From assembly GCA_965235115.1 (NCBI GenBank), contig OZ249436.1, positions 28,088,001 to 28,152,000 of the forward strand: a DNA stretch of 64,000 nucleotides. The letters are read 5' to 3'. This document shows positions 1-12,952 of the stretch, piece after piece (position 1 is the first letter of the stretch; the number at the start of each line of letters is the position of its first letter). The translations under genes and the position numbers were made by a program. The notes under the pieces were generated by a model. It was not told the DNA's origin and did not search any database. It was given only the letters and a program-made list of their open reading frames with translations. The stretch comes from Laetmonice hystrix (taxonomy: Eukaryota).

Positions 1-544
1 TCTTCTAGTTGAAACTAGCTTTAAAAGCACATGGTATTTAGCACAATAGAATCTGATCAAGCATGCAAGTGGTGATTTAGAACAACCATATTCATACCGG
101 CCTTGGCACTTAATCACCGATGACTGAAATAGATTTCCGACAATGGCTGCGCAGATAGAGTAGAGTATTGTGCTCGCAGGTTTAGAACACCGACTCCTCA
201 GCGCAATATCATGCACCGATTCTATCTCTCGATTACCCATTCATTGGGCAGCCAGCCCAACGTCAACCTCCTGAACATTATCAATGCTCATTTGATTCTG
301 ACTGAGAGAAATGGTAATTGCTCATCCTGTCTGGTGGCAGTAGGTAATCATTGGTCTTTCCTGAAGTCCGCTGGAAGAAAGCTGTCAGGCTGTTTGGGAG
401 GTAACGATGAATATTCATAGAAAACGGCGCGCTCAAACTAGCCGTTAGCTAGTCCAGTTACTGTCCTATAAGTGCAGCATTGTTATCTTTAATGGGTCTG
501 AATATTGGCATTCAACGTAATGAGTCTTTAACTTTGCTTTGGTA

Positions 545-3500
545 ACTTACCTCATAGAAGACAGTGTAGTTAACTCTACCGCTGACTGACTGGTCATAGA
601 CGACAGTGTAGCTAACTCTACCAGTGACTGACTGGTCATAGACGACAGTGTAGTTAACTCTACCGCTGACTGACTGGTCATAGACGACAGTGTAGTTAAC
701 TCTACCACTGACTGACTGGTCATAGACGACAGTGTAGTTAACTCTACCACTGACTGACTGGTCATAGACGACAGTGTAGTTAACTCTACCACTGACTGAC
801 TGGTCATAGACGACAGTGTAGTTAACTCTACCACTGACTGACTGGTCATAGACGACAGTGTAGTTAACTCTACCACTGATTGACTGGTCATAGACGACAG
901 TGTAGTTTACTCTACCACTGACTGACTGGTCAGAGACGACAGTGTAGTTAACTCTACCAGTGACTGACTGGTCATAGACGACAGTGTAGTTAACTCTACC
1001 AACGACTGACCTGGTCATAGACGAACTCTACCAACGACTGACCTGGTCATAGACGACAGTGTAGTTAACTCTACCACTACAGTGACTGACTCTGGTCATA
1101 GACGACAGTGTAGTTAACTCTACCACTGACAGACTGGTCATAGACGACAGTGTAGTTAACTCTACCGCTGACTGACTGGTCATAGACGACAGTGTAGTTA
1201 ACTCTACCACTGACTGACTGGTCATAGACGACAGTGTAGTTAACTCTACCACTGACTGACTGGTCATAGACGACAGTGTAGTGAACTCTACCACTGACTG
1301 ACTGGTCATAGACGACAGTGTAGTTAACTCTACCACTGACTGACTGGTCATAGACGACAGTGTAGTGAACTCTACCACTGACTGACTGGTCATAGACGAC
1401 AGTGTAGTTAACGCTACCAGTGACTGACTGGTCATAGACGACAGTGTAGTTTACTCTACCACTGATTGACTGGTCATAGACGACAGTGTAGTTAACTCTA
1501 CCGCTGACTGACTGGTCATAGACAACAGTGTAGTTAACTCTACCGCTGACTGACTGGTCATAGACGACAGTGTAGTTAACTCTACCGCTGACTGACTGGT
1601 CATAGACAACAGTGTAGTTAACTCTACCGCTGACTGACTGGTCATAGACGACAGTGTAGTGAACTCTACCACTGACTGACTGGTCATAGACGACAGTGTA
1701 GTTAACTCTACCACTGACTGACTGGTCATAGACAACAGTGTAGTTAACTCTACCGCTGATTGACTGGTCATAGACGACAGTGTAGTTAACTCTACCAGTG
1801 ACTGACTGGTCATAGACGACAGTGTAGTTAACGCTACCAGTGACTGACTGGTCATAGACGACAGTGTAGTTAACTTTACCAGTGACTGACTGGTCATAGA
1901 CGACAGTGTAGTTAACTCTACCAACGAATGACCTGGTCATAGACGAACTCTACCAACGACTGACCTGGTCATAGACGACAGTGTAGTTAACTCTACCACT
2001 GACTGACTCTGGTCATAGACGACAGTGTAGTGAACTCTACCACTGACTGACTCTGGTCATAGACGACAGTGTAGTTAACTCTACCGCTGACTGACTGGTC
2101 ATAGACGACAGTGTAGTGAACTCTACCACTGACTGACTGGTCATAGACGACAGTGTAGTTAACTCTACCACTGACTGACTGGTCATAGACGACAGTGTAG
2201 TTAACTCTACCAGTGACTGACTGGTCATAGACGACAGTGTAGTTAACTCTACCACTGATTGACTGGTCATAGACGACAGTGTAGTTAACTCTACCACTGA
2301 TTGACTGGTCATAGACGACAGTGTAGTTAACTCTACCAGTGACTGACTGGTCATAGACGACAGTGTAGTTAACTCTACCAGTGACTGACTGGTCATAGAC
2401 GACAGTGTAGTTAACTCTACCACTACAGTGACTGACTCTGGTCATAGACGACAGTGTAGTTAACTCTACCACTGATTGACTGGTCATAGACGACAGTGTA
2501 GTTAACTCTACCAGTGACTGACTGGTCATAGACGACAGTGTAGTTAACTCTACCAGTGACTGACTGGTCATAGACGACAGTGTAGTTAACTCTACCAACG
2601 ACTAACCTGGTCATAGACGAACTCTACCAACGACTGACCTGGTCATAGACGACAGTGTAGTTAACTCTACCACTACAGTGACTGACTCTGGTCATAGACG
2701 ACAGTGTAGTGAACTCTACCACTGACTGACTGGTCATAGACGACAGTGTAGTTAACTCTACCACTGACTGACTGGTCATAGACGACAGTGTAGTGAACTC
2801 TACCAACGAATGACCTGGTCATAGACGAACTCTACCACTGACTGACTCTGGTCATAGACGACAGTGTAGTGAACTCTACCACTGACTGACTCTGGTCATA
2901 GACGACAGTGTAGTTAACTCTACCGCTGACTGACTGGTCATAGACGACAGTGTAGTGAACTCTACCACTGACTGACTGGTCATAGACGACAGTGTAGTTA
3001 ACTCTACCACTGACTGACTGGTCATAGACGACAGTGTAGTTAACTCTACCAGTGACTGACTCTGGTCATAGACGACAGTGTAGTTAACTCTACCACTGAC
3101 TGACTGGTCATAGACGACAGTGTAGTTAACTCTACCACTGACTGACTGGTCATAGACGACAGTGTAGTTAACTCTACCACTGACTGACTGGTCATAGACG
3201 ACAGTGTAGTTAACTCTACCACTGATTGACTGGTCATAGACGACAGTGTAGTTAACTCTACCACTGATTGACTGGTCATAGACGACAGTGTAGTTAACTC
3301 TACCAGTGACTGACTGGTCATAGACGACAGTGTAGTTAACTCTACCAGTGACTGACTGGTCATAGACGACAGTGTAGTTAACTCTACCACTACAGTGACT
3401 GACTCTGGTCATAGACGACAGTGTAGTTAACTCTACCACTGATTGACTGGTCATAGACGACAGTGTAGTTAACTCTACCAGTGACTGACTGGTCATAGAC

Positions 3501-5066
3501 GACAGTGTAGTTAACTCTACCAGTGACTGACTGGTCATAGACGATAGTGTAGTTAACTCTACCAACGACTAACCTGGTCATAGACGAACTCTACCAACGA
3601 CTGACCTGGTCATAGACGACAGTGTAGTTAACTCTACCACTACAGTGACTGACTCTGGTCATAGACGACAGTGTAGTGAACTCTACCACTGACTGATTGG
3701 TCATAGACGACAGTGTAGTTAACTCTACCACTGATTGACTGGTCATAGACGACAGTGTAGTTAACTCTACCAGTGACTGACTGGTCATAGACGACAGTGT
3801 AGTTAACTCTACCAGTGACTGACTGGTCATAGACGACAGTGTAGTTAACTCTACCAACGACTGACCTGGTCATAGATGAACTCTACCAACGACTGACCTG
3901 GTCATAGACGACAGTGTAGTTAACTCTACCACTACAGTGACTGACTCTGGTCATAGACGACAGTGTAGTGAACTCTACCACTGACTGACTGGTCATAGAC
4001 GACAGTGTAGTTAACTCTACCAGTGACTGACTGGTCATAGACGACAGTGTAGTTAACTCTACCAGTGACTGACTCTGGTCATAGACGACAGTGTAGTTAA
4101 CTCTACCACTGACAGACTGGTCATAGACGACAGTGTAGTTAACTCTACCGCTGACTGACTGGTCATAGACGACAGTGTAGTTAACTCTACCACTGACTGA
4201 CTGGTCATAGACGACAGTGTAGTTAACTCTACCACTGACTGACTGGTCATAGACGACAGTGTAGTGAACTCTACCACTGACTGACTGGTCATAGACGACA
4301 GTGTAGTTAACTCTACCACTGACTGACTGGTCATAGACGACAGTGTAGTTAACTCTACCACTGACTGACTGGTCATAGACGACAGTGTAGTTAACGCTAC
4401 CAGTGACTGACTGGTCATAGACGACAGTGTAGTTTACTCTACCACTGATTGACTGGTCATAGACGACAGTGTAGTTAACTTTACCACTGACTGACTGGTC
4501 ATAGACGACAGTGTAGTTTACTCTACCACTGATTGACTGGTCATAGACGACAGTGTAGTTAACGCTACCAGTGACTGACTGGTCATAGACGACAGTGTAG
4601 TTTACTCTACCGCTAACTGACTGGTCATAGACGACAGTGTAGTTAACTCTACCAACGAATGACCTGGTCATAGACGAACTCTACCAACGACTGACCTGGT
4701 CATAGACGACAGTGTAGTTAACTCTACCACTGACTGACTCTGGTCATAGACGACAGTGTAGTGAACTCTACCACTGACTGACTCTGGTCATAGACGACAG
4801 TGTAGTTAACTCTACCACTGACTGACTGGTCATAGACGACAGTGTAGTTAACTCTACCAGTGACTGACTGGTCATAGACGACAGTGTAGTTAACTTTACC
4901 AGTGACTGACTGGTCATAGACGACAGTGTAGTTAACTCTACCACTACAGTGACTGACTCTGGTCATAGACGACAGTGTAGTGAACTCTACCACTGACTGA
5001 CCTGGTCATAGACGACAGTGTAGTTAACTCTACCAATGACTGACCTGATCATAGACGACAGTGTAG
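545..5066. repeat. 42-bp minisatellite (about 107 units) overlapping exon end and donor
   Basis: Unit gactggtcatagacgacagtgtagttaactctaccactgact; shares the last 22 nt of exon 5045-5204. Confidence 0.97.
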
Positions 5067-5204
5067 CTGACCCGGACTGTGCCCACCGCCCCATCCTCAC
5101 GGGTGATGTTGAGGCGGATGTTGCGCTCGGCGTTGCCGGGGGAGACGATAATTCTCTGTGCCGCTGGGTCCATCCCAAAACGTCCGTGGGGAAATTCGTT
5201 ATAC
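5045..5204 (-). CDS. ADGRV1: ADGRV1 exon (YNEFPHGRFG...RVSYTVVYDQ), Calx-beta
   Basis: atgcag|g acceptor, cag|gtcagt donor; phase matches the upstream exon (CG+G = Arg). Confidence 0.9.
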
Positions 5205-5493
5205 CTGCATTAATAAATATCCTCAATAACAAACAACATTTTAACACCAATATCCACCAGCAGATGAACAGAGGACCAGACAGAACGTCCAAGAAAAGAA
5301 TACCCTCTCCTTCCCGAAGTCACTGCTTTGTCTCCTCTGCGTACATTCTTTTCTGGCACACTCTTGTCAAACAAACTTCTTCTACTGACTGCTTTCGTCT
5401 ATGCTGCTCCGTATTTCAACTACATGCCAGATTGCAGGTAAATCTAGGTTGTTTAATATGAGAGGGGGTCGATTTTGTGGCCTTTAATTTACC

Positions 5494-6173
5494 GATAATG
5501 GTTGAAATGCAATAATCAAACTGCGTTGTCTCACTGACCGTATGGTGAAGGAGGATAATGGTTTAAATGTAATGATCAAACTGTGCGTTGTCTCACTGAC
5601 CGTATGGTGAAGGAGGATAATGGTTTAAATGTAATGATCAAACTGTGCGTTGTCTCACTGACCGTATGGTGAAGGAGGATAATGGTTGAAATGAAATGAT
5701 CAAACTGTGCGTTGTCTCACTGACCGTATGGTGAAGGAGGATAATGGTTTAAATGTAATGATCAAACTGCGTTGTCTCACTGACCGTATGGTGAAGGAGG
5801 ATAATGGTTTAAATGCAATGATCAAACTGTGCGTTGTCTCACTGACCGTATGGTGAAGGAGGATAATGGTTGAAATGAAATGATCAAACTGTGCGTTGCC
5901 TCACTGACCGTATGGTGAAGGAGGATAATGGTTGAAATGCAATGATCAAACTGTGCGTTGTCTCACTGACCGTATGGTGAAGGAGTATAATGGTTGAAAT
6001 GCAATGATCAAACTGTGCGTTGTCTCACTGACCGTATGGTGAAGGAGGATAATGGTTGAAATGTAATGATCAAACTGTGCGTTGTCTCACTGACCGTATG
6101 GTGAAGGAGGATAATGGTTGAAATGAAATGATCAAACTGTGCGTTGTCTCACTGACCGTATGGTGAAGGAGGA
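5494..6173. repeat. 62-bp tandem repeat (about 11 units) spanning a splice donor
   Basis: Each unit = last 17 exonic nt + donor gtcagt + intron start. Confidence 0.97.
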
Positions 6174-6383
6174 GACGTTGAATTCGCCATCGATCTCAGC
6201 TCCCCCGTCAGCCGAGACGAGGTGTAAAGAGAAAACTTCGTTCAGTTCGGGCTGAGTGTCAGCCAATATGAAGATGGTCACCTCCCCAGTCCGCTTGTCA
6301 CCCTCGATCAGAGCTGTGCCCGTCACCTGTTCCACGTCAGCCGTCACGTTGTTCGTACCCCGTCCCTGGACCTTCCATGTCAC
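6157..6383 (-). CDS. ADGRV1: ADGRV1 exon (VTWKVQG...SSFTI), Calx-beta
   Basis: ggcag| acceptor, acg|gtcagt donor; DTQPELNEVFSLHL motif. Confidence 0.92.
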
Positions 6384-6791
6384 CTGCCAGTCACAAGCAC
6401 ATAATATATTATACTATATAAACGTTTTAAAAAAGTGTTCACAATATTTATGGTCCTTATACATGCACGTCAACAACTGCATACTACTGGGTAAGTGAAC
6501 GGGGTTTTATCTTGTGGCTGTATAATAGCGACGTCCATGGGTGGAACGAGGATTTCGTTGAAAAGAAGTGGGACCAAGAAGAAATCTTGCAAGGGGGGGT
6601 CCAACATGGTGGAGAAAGCTCTGTGAGAAAAATAGGAAAATTGACCCCAAACGGGGGTCCTGACTTCACCCTCGGATCCGCCAATGACGTACCTATATTA
6701 CACTGTAGCCTACACACAATGAAATATTTTCAACCTTCGCCTTTCTATGCTAGATTATGTTATTTTGAACCAAGTTAATTTCGACACTAAC

Positions 6792-6935
6792 CGATACGTC
6801 GCCGATTGTGCCTTGCCGTCGGAATAATGGAAAGCGTACGATTCGTTTTCCTGCAATGGGTTCTTCAAAAACCCTGCCCTGCTGGGCTATGCCATCAAAT
6901 CTTATGATACCATTGGGGTCACCAAACTTCTGGAT
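6792..6935 (-). CDS. ADGRV1: ADGRV1 exon (IQKFGDPNG...GTIGDVS)
   Basis: ccacag| acceptor, tcg|gttagt donor; 48 codons, phase 0/0. Confidence 0.9.
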
Positions 6936-7075
6936 CTGTGGACAAAGAGATATCTTACATTGTGTGGTCAAGTAAAGTGAAGCTATGATGGTTGTTCTGT
7001 TACCTGCCTTGTCTTGTTCCCATTTGAACTACATTCAGGCATAAATCACCTTAAAACTTGGATCATATCGACCTG

Positions 7076-7201
7076 GGCCTGGTTTACAAACAAAGTCAAG
7101 TCAATTTTAATTGACTTGAAGTCAATTTTACTTGAATCTGATTGGTAAAAATGGATTTCAAGTTAATTAAAATTGACTTGACTTTGTTTGTGAACCGGGC
7201 C
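7076..7201. mobile_element. Hairpin MITE, PIF/Harbinger-like
   Basis: ggcctggtttacaaacaaagtcaagtcaatttt ... aaaattgacttgactttgtttgtgaaccgggcc inverted arms; CTG/CAG flanks. Confidence 0.7.
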
Positions 7202-7338
7202 CAGGTTTTAGAGAAACCTTGAAAAAATGAATTTGTAAAAACAAAACATTCATTCTCTATCCACCTTAACATTTTCAATTTCAATAATTATTTCAGTGTC
7301 ATTATGATCTGTGACCTCCTCCACGATCCTACACGTAC

Positions 7339-7617
7339 CTTGAGGGTTAAGTTACTAGCGGTCGGGTTCACCTCCCCGCTGCCAGTGTTAGCCGGGAATC
7401 CCTGAATATCGGAGATAACAATAGTGAAGTTTTTCGCAATCTCCCAGCCAGCATGCGGTTTGATGGTAAGCACGAACGACTTGGGACCTGCCTCGTTAGG
7501 TTGCCATACGAGAAAACCTTGGGTCAGTTCACGACCTCCTGTCCCCTCCGTCGATACATCGTTAGTTTCCTCCAGAACTCGGTTCGGGTCATTGGGGCCC
7601 ACGATTCGCCAATTTAC
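7339..7617 (-). CDS. ADGRV1: ADGRV1 exon (VNWRIVG...NLTLK)
   Basis: attag| acceptor, aag|gtacgt donor; 93 codons. Confidence 0.9.
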
Positions 7618-8084
7618 CTAATAAAACGGGAAATAAGCAGAGCAGCTGTTACCTTTGTTTTCGTCACAACTCTGTTCGGCTGGAGTTATCACTGTATTTA
7701 ATTATGCTGATTTTGAACGTCGGTAAATGCTGTTAGATAAATAACCAAATTGGAGCCGTATTTAGTGAAGTGGAGTTTCTGACAATGAATACACTCATGG
7801 ATGCTGGAAGTAGATGACATTGTATAGAATAAAAATCTTCATTTTGTTTAAACCTTTATTTTCCTGGCGAATTAAATGTATAAAAAACAGCAATTTCTTC
7901 AAATACAATGACGTACCCATAAGGTAATGGTAATTTTCAACACACGTCAAAATATAAATTATGTTCACCAAAGCAGTATTCATCAGTATTACAATTAACA
8001 CTGCTGTCGTTATCATTATCAATACTGACAATAAAAACAATAGAATGAGATTCGATCCACATGACGTCCAAAGTGCCACGTCAA

Positions 8085-8479
8085 TGACAGACCTCCCACC
8101 CGGTGACTGACTGACCTCCCACCCGGTGACTGACTGACCTCCCACCCGGTGACTGACTGACCTCCCACCCGGTGACTGACTGACCTCCCACCCGGTGACT
8201 GACTGACCTCCCACCCGGTGACTGACTGACCTCCCACCCGGCGACTGACTGACCTCCCACCCGGTGACTGACTGACTGACCTCCCACCCGGTGACTGACT
8301 GACCTCCCACCCGGCGACTGACCTCCCACCCGGTGACTGACTGACCTCCCACCCGGTGACTGACCTCCCACCCGGTGACTGACTGGCTGACTGACTGACT
8401 GACTGTCTGACTGACTGTCTGTCTGACTGACTGACTGACTGACTGACTGACTGTCTGACTGACTGACTGACTGACTCAC
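8085..8479. repeat. (GACT)n microsatellite grading into a 23-bp minisatellite, starting at a donor
   Basis: gacctcccacccggtgactgact about 13 times plus (gact)n abutting ctcac (the donor). Confidence 0.95.
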
Positions 8480-8655
8480 CCTCTGCCGACCGATCAGACC
8501 TCCGTCCCGGGCGATGTTGAAGACGAGTGAGCGACGTACGTCAGGGTTAGGGATGGTCACTTCGGTTTGTCCGATAAAACTGAACCGACCGTTCGGATAG
8601 TCGGACTTGGCGATCGTTACGACGGCTGTGGTACGACTACCGAGGAACGCCCCGC
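8480..8655 (-). CDS. ADGRV1: ADGRV1 exon (GAFLGSRTTAVVTIAKSDYPNG...GRQR)
   Basis: ttccag| acceptor, agg|gtgagt donor; phase 1/0. Confidence 0.92.
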
Positions 8656-11117
8656 CTGGAACAAACAACCCACCGAACGTCATGTATCCTTATACCTGTA
8701 GGGTTCCCGGACTATCAGCTTTACAAAATCGTGCACTCTTCCTGGAACTTTATGATTTCTTCCAGGAACATGTGCAGGATTCCCTGCAGTTTTTCTTACC
8801 AATCGGATATCGACGAAGATTTAAAAAAATAGCACCCTGCCCGAGAATAGGACTTGACTCTCTTAGTCAAATTCTCAGGCTTTTTCTAGGCCAAGTGATT
8901 ATAAAACTGCCGAGCTTGTACCGGCCGTCTGGGTCCCAATATAAAATACCTCGACTTTTCGCGATTTCACGGACCGGCAGAACCCCTGACCGAAAGACGG
9001 TTATAGAACACAAGAATTAGCAGTTTTGAACATTTATAGATTACCTTTAACACTCCACGAATATCCACTTTAAATACGGTACCGTATTTAAAAACAAGTA
9101 CAAAACACAAATACTATTATACTATATTCTATTTTGCGGCTGTTCCAGGGTAAAAAAACAATTATTGGAAATTGATCGAAAAAATTCTAATCTCTAATGA
9201 TTCATGAGTCTAGCCTCAAAATTAACAAAAGCAGATATCTGAAATCATTTGGACATGAAATGTGTATTATGGGACCATAACGTTTGGGCGTGAAATGTGT
9301 ATTATAGAACCATAACGTTTGGGAAAGTTATGAACAATCGATGACCACCGTGAATCGAGTGACTGCCGGGTGTTGAATGAGTCAGATATTGTAAGAGTAT
9401 GGTGCCCTTACCACCCCACCGTTACTCATGACAAGCTCATGACAAGGCGGGGTTGGGGGAGGGGGGTACGGGTGGAGGGTGGGGGTGTTTACGCCTGACC
9501 TCACCGGATGAATATCGTGTCTCATGTAGTAATCAATACCAGTCTCCACAACAACTGAGTCCAACACTGTGTACTGTGTTAACCTCATATCATCATCATC
9601 TCCGATTATCATCTTTGTCACTGTCCAGGTGTGTCACCGGACCAGCAATATCAATATTGTGGGGCCAGTTACCTGGGCTGATGTCGATCATAACGGTTAG
9701 AGAATTATTATTATTATGTCAGAATTACATGTATAATATGTACACATAGCGAGTATCGTAATACTACATTGTAGACATCGTGTATGTGGTAAGCACGGTA
9801 GATTTACCAGTGTATTATTATAATACTTATAACGGGTTATCAAATCCACAGTAGAGTCGGTGCACATCAAGTACATGTATACCATACTTAATGTTTAATA
9901 TGAGGCTTGCTTGGTTCGTCCAAATCTATATATTGATCAAACAGGTTACGTAACATCGGTCAATGGGAATTACAATCACAGGGTCAGTGGTGTTGTGAAA
10001 ATCATTTGTTAGTAAAACATTTCATTTAGCACAAGATCATTTCATTTAGTGCGAGTTTGGACGAATCCGAGAATTGTATAATACATCCCAGATCCAAGCT
10101 ATACCAGTCCACTGGGACGGTACTGGTCATCATTCCCAGGTAATCGTGGTTCAACAAATATAATTAATCATAAATAGGAACTGACATCATATAAATATAA
10201 CAGACCCCTAATATCATATACCGGCACACATATTGTTCATCGTCAACTCTACCAGCACATTGCACCTTAAGAGCACTGTAAACGAATGTAAACACTGCAA
10301 TACCTTTGACAAGCACACTACATCATGTCACATTCTCAACTGCCTACAGAACAATAAACCGGCCTTAAGATAATGTCATATACCCTACCTGGGTCCTCCG
10401 TAACGGCATGACAGTTGTGTACGCTGGCTAGCAGCACTAACATACATCCCAGGTAGTGAAGGCTGACATTTGCCATTATTGCTCTCAATAATATTCCCGT
10501 CTTCAATGGAGCATAGCTCGCTGCCACAGTCGGCTTGAATTGACCTAATTCGGCGGGCTCTCTGACAGCATTGAGCCTCACGTTCTCAGTGCCCAGGTAC
10601 AAGCGGTCCCAGGTGCTTGCCCAAACACAGTCTATCGACCCAGTGTCTGAAAACCTCACCACCATTAAACTCCCCGCCAAAAACACACGGATTGGGTTGT
10701 CACCAATGCTCTACGGTCACGGTGGGTGAACATAATGTTTTAAGGGTGCGGGCGGTTTTGGGTAACTATGGATCGTTTGGCATGGTCATGGTCCAGTGCT
10801 TACAGCATAGTGGTTAGTGCCTCAGCCAAAAACGGGTTGGGGTACATTGTATGACAGCTTCAAGAAGGGGTTTTCGGTTGTTACAGCTAACTAAAAACTA
10901 TATAAATACCCCATCCTATCTAATACCCTCGCTTACTTCTGTAATCAGCAGCCTAATTAATTAGTCAGATTACCCTATCGGTTAATGCTATTAGCCTTCT
11001 GAGTGACTAATTTGAAATGGTAATTTTGTGGTTGGATATTGGAATGTAACAATGTTAATTAGGGAGACTAATTGAGGTAAATGTTCAAGAAAATTGAAGT
11101 TAAATAGTTAAAACTAT

Positions 11118-11961
11118 TATATCGGGTGGATAAAAAAAAAAGCCCCGAACTTTAAACTTTAATATTCCAAAAACTATGCATTATAATTCAACAAAATTTC
11201 ACTTAATATCACTTCATCATATTATCTCTGGTATGTTAAAGTTTCAGCTCAATAGCTTTGATATTAATCCTGTGGCGCTAAAAACAAAAATCAATGTCTA
11301 AAAATGCAATGCCGGAATTAGGTCAAATATCATGCCGCTGCCAGGTGTCCAATTTGATACCTGTTTGATTCACCGCATTGTACCTTGGGTAAAGAAAAAT
11401 TCAATATTTAGTTTTTGCATGTTTTACAATATGTATCATGTTGTGGACCACTAGATATAATAAAATATGTGCTATTCCTAGTACTTTAAGAGAAAAACAG
11501 ATGTTTAATGTGCCAAACCCTACAGAGAAACTGCAACATTAGGACGACGTGACTGTAACGAGAAGTTCTAGGGAAATCGTATCATTATCACGTTTAGCAA
11601 CACGTTCAGAACGTTGCGTATTGCCAATGTTGGGAAGATATTTCCCTATCAGAGATCAGGAAGTGCATTGGCTCATGGAAAAAGAGACTGAGAGCAGTAT
11701 GGAGTGAAAACGGGGGACCGATTGACCACCTACTGTAGTGTGAGGCCAGGGACTTGCTTTAGGCCGGCATTGCGCTTTTGTACAATGATTTTTGTTTTTA
11801 GCCCCACGGAAATATTATCCAAGCTATTGAGTTGTAACATTAACAACTAAGAGACAACATCATGAAATGATAGTAAGAAAAATTTCATTAAATTACAATC
11901 ATTACTTCTTGAAATATTGAAGTTTAAAGTTCGGGGCGTTTTTTTTTATCCACCCGATATA
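11118..11961. mobile_element. Non-autonomous Tc1/mariner-like element with long imperfect TIRs
   Basis: tatatcgggtggataaaaaaaaa...ccccgaactttaaactt at left and its reverse complement at right; inverted similarity extends about 200 bp; TA flanks. Confidence 0.75.
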
Positions 11962-12952
11962 ACCACACTGAATCATAATGTTATTTAATGTATATTCTAG
12001 CATTAGATCTACACTAAAAATTTAGCCCCCTTGACTAGAAAAAAGGTTCATGAATCTTTTGAGAAATTATCGAGTTTACGGTTGTGTGTGTGTGTGTGTT
12101 TTTTTTAGGGGGGGTCTTTCTTTTCCTTTATTTATTATGTATTTTTACTTGAATATACATGCTTCCCGTACATGTAGCAGCTGTGGCGGTGCCCTTTCAC
12201 TATCATCAGTAATATTCAGTATACATAAGTCTTAATGTCATTACGCATGTGATACATATGTCACAGCTGCAAGAATTGCTGCACTATAATAATCATTGTC
12301 ATCTCTCCACACAACACATTAGACTAGAATAGAAGACTTCATTGAGAAACGCGCCACTTTTTTGTCACCCCGTTAACTCTTGGGTTGGGCGGGGGGGGGG
12401 GGGGGGCTTAAATTAACTGCTTTACTGTTGGATTCGTTACGCTTAGGATGTTGACAGCTTTGCTTCTATTATAGAGCCGTCCACATCAAAACATAATCGG
12501 TTGAACGTATTCAAGATTATTTGAGACCTCTGGCATATAACCTCACATCAATATTGAATGATTGTCATCTGGCCACCTCCTCATTCTCAATCCTCAATCA
12601 CACCCCCACACACCCCTGATCCTGGCCTGATCCTGACCTGTAGACTTCTACTGATACAATATGGACCCAACCATTTTATAACGAAGGGTGTCAGATAACC
12701 CACATTATTAAGGGGCCCATATGTATAAAACAAACGATATTTCACATTCCTTTGTATACTACTTCCTGAACTGGTATTGAGTATTGCCACTACTTTAGTT
12801 TTCAGCACCTGTCCAGGCGAGTATGGACGGCTAAAAGCCTGCCGTTAGCAGCCTTCTCTCAACGTAGATAAAACAAGTGTTGTCGGGATGGCCTGCTACC
12901 GTACCCGTCCTCCTGTCGTTACCATGGACACAATCAATAACCTTCCGTAAAT

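Noticed and set aside
211..420. Possible next ADGRV1 exon or small gene
   Set aside because: Minus-strand frames after candidate AGs reach stops and show no Calx-beta motif.
512..4993. Long repetitive ORFs (SVSGRVNYTVVYDQ / MTSQSVVELTTLSS)
   Set aside because: Products of a 42-bp unit; broken by frameshifting units, and the exon frame hits TAG in the first unit.
10336..10830. ORF with a signal-peptide-like stretch and a tRNA-like A-box (gcatagtggttagtgc)
   Set aside because: No recognisable domain, no B-box or cloverleaf; support too weak.
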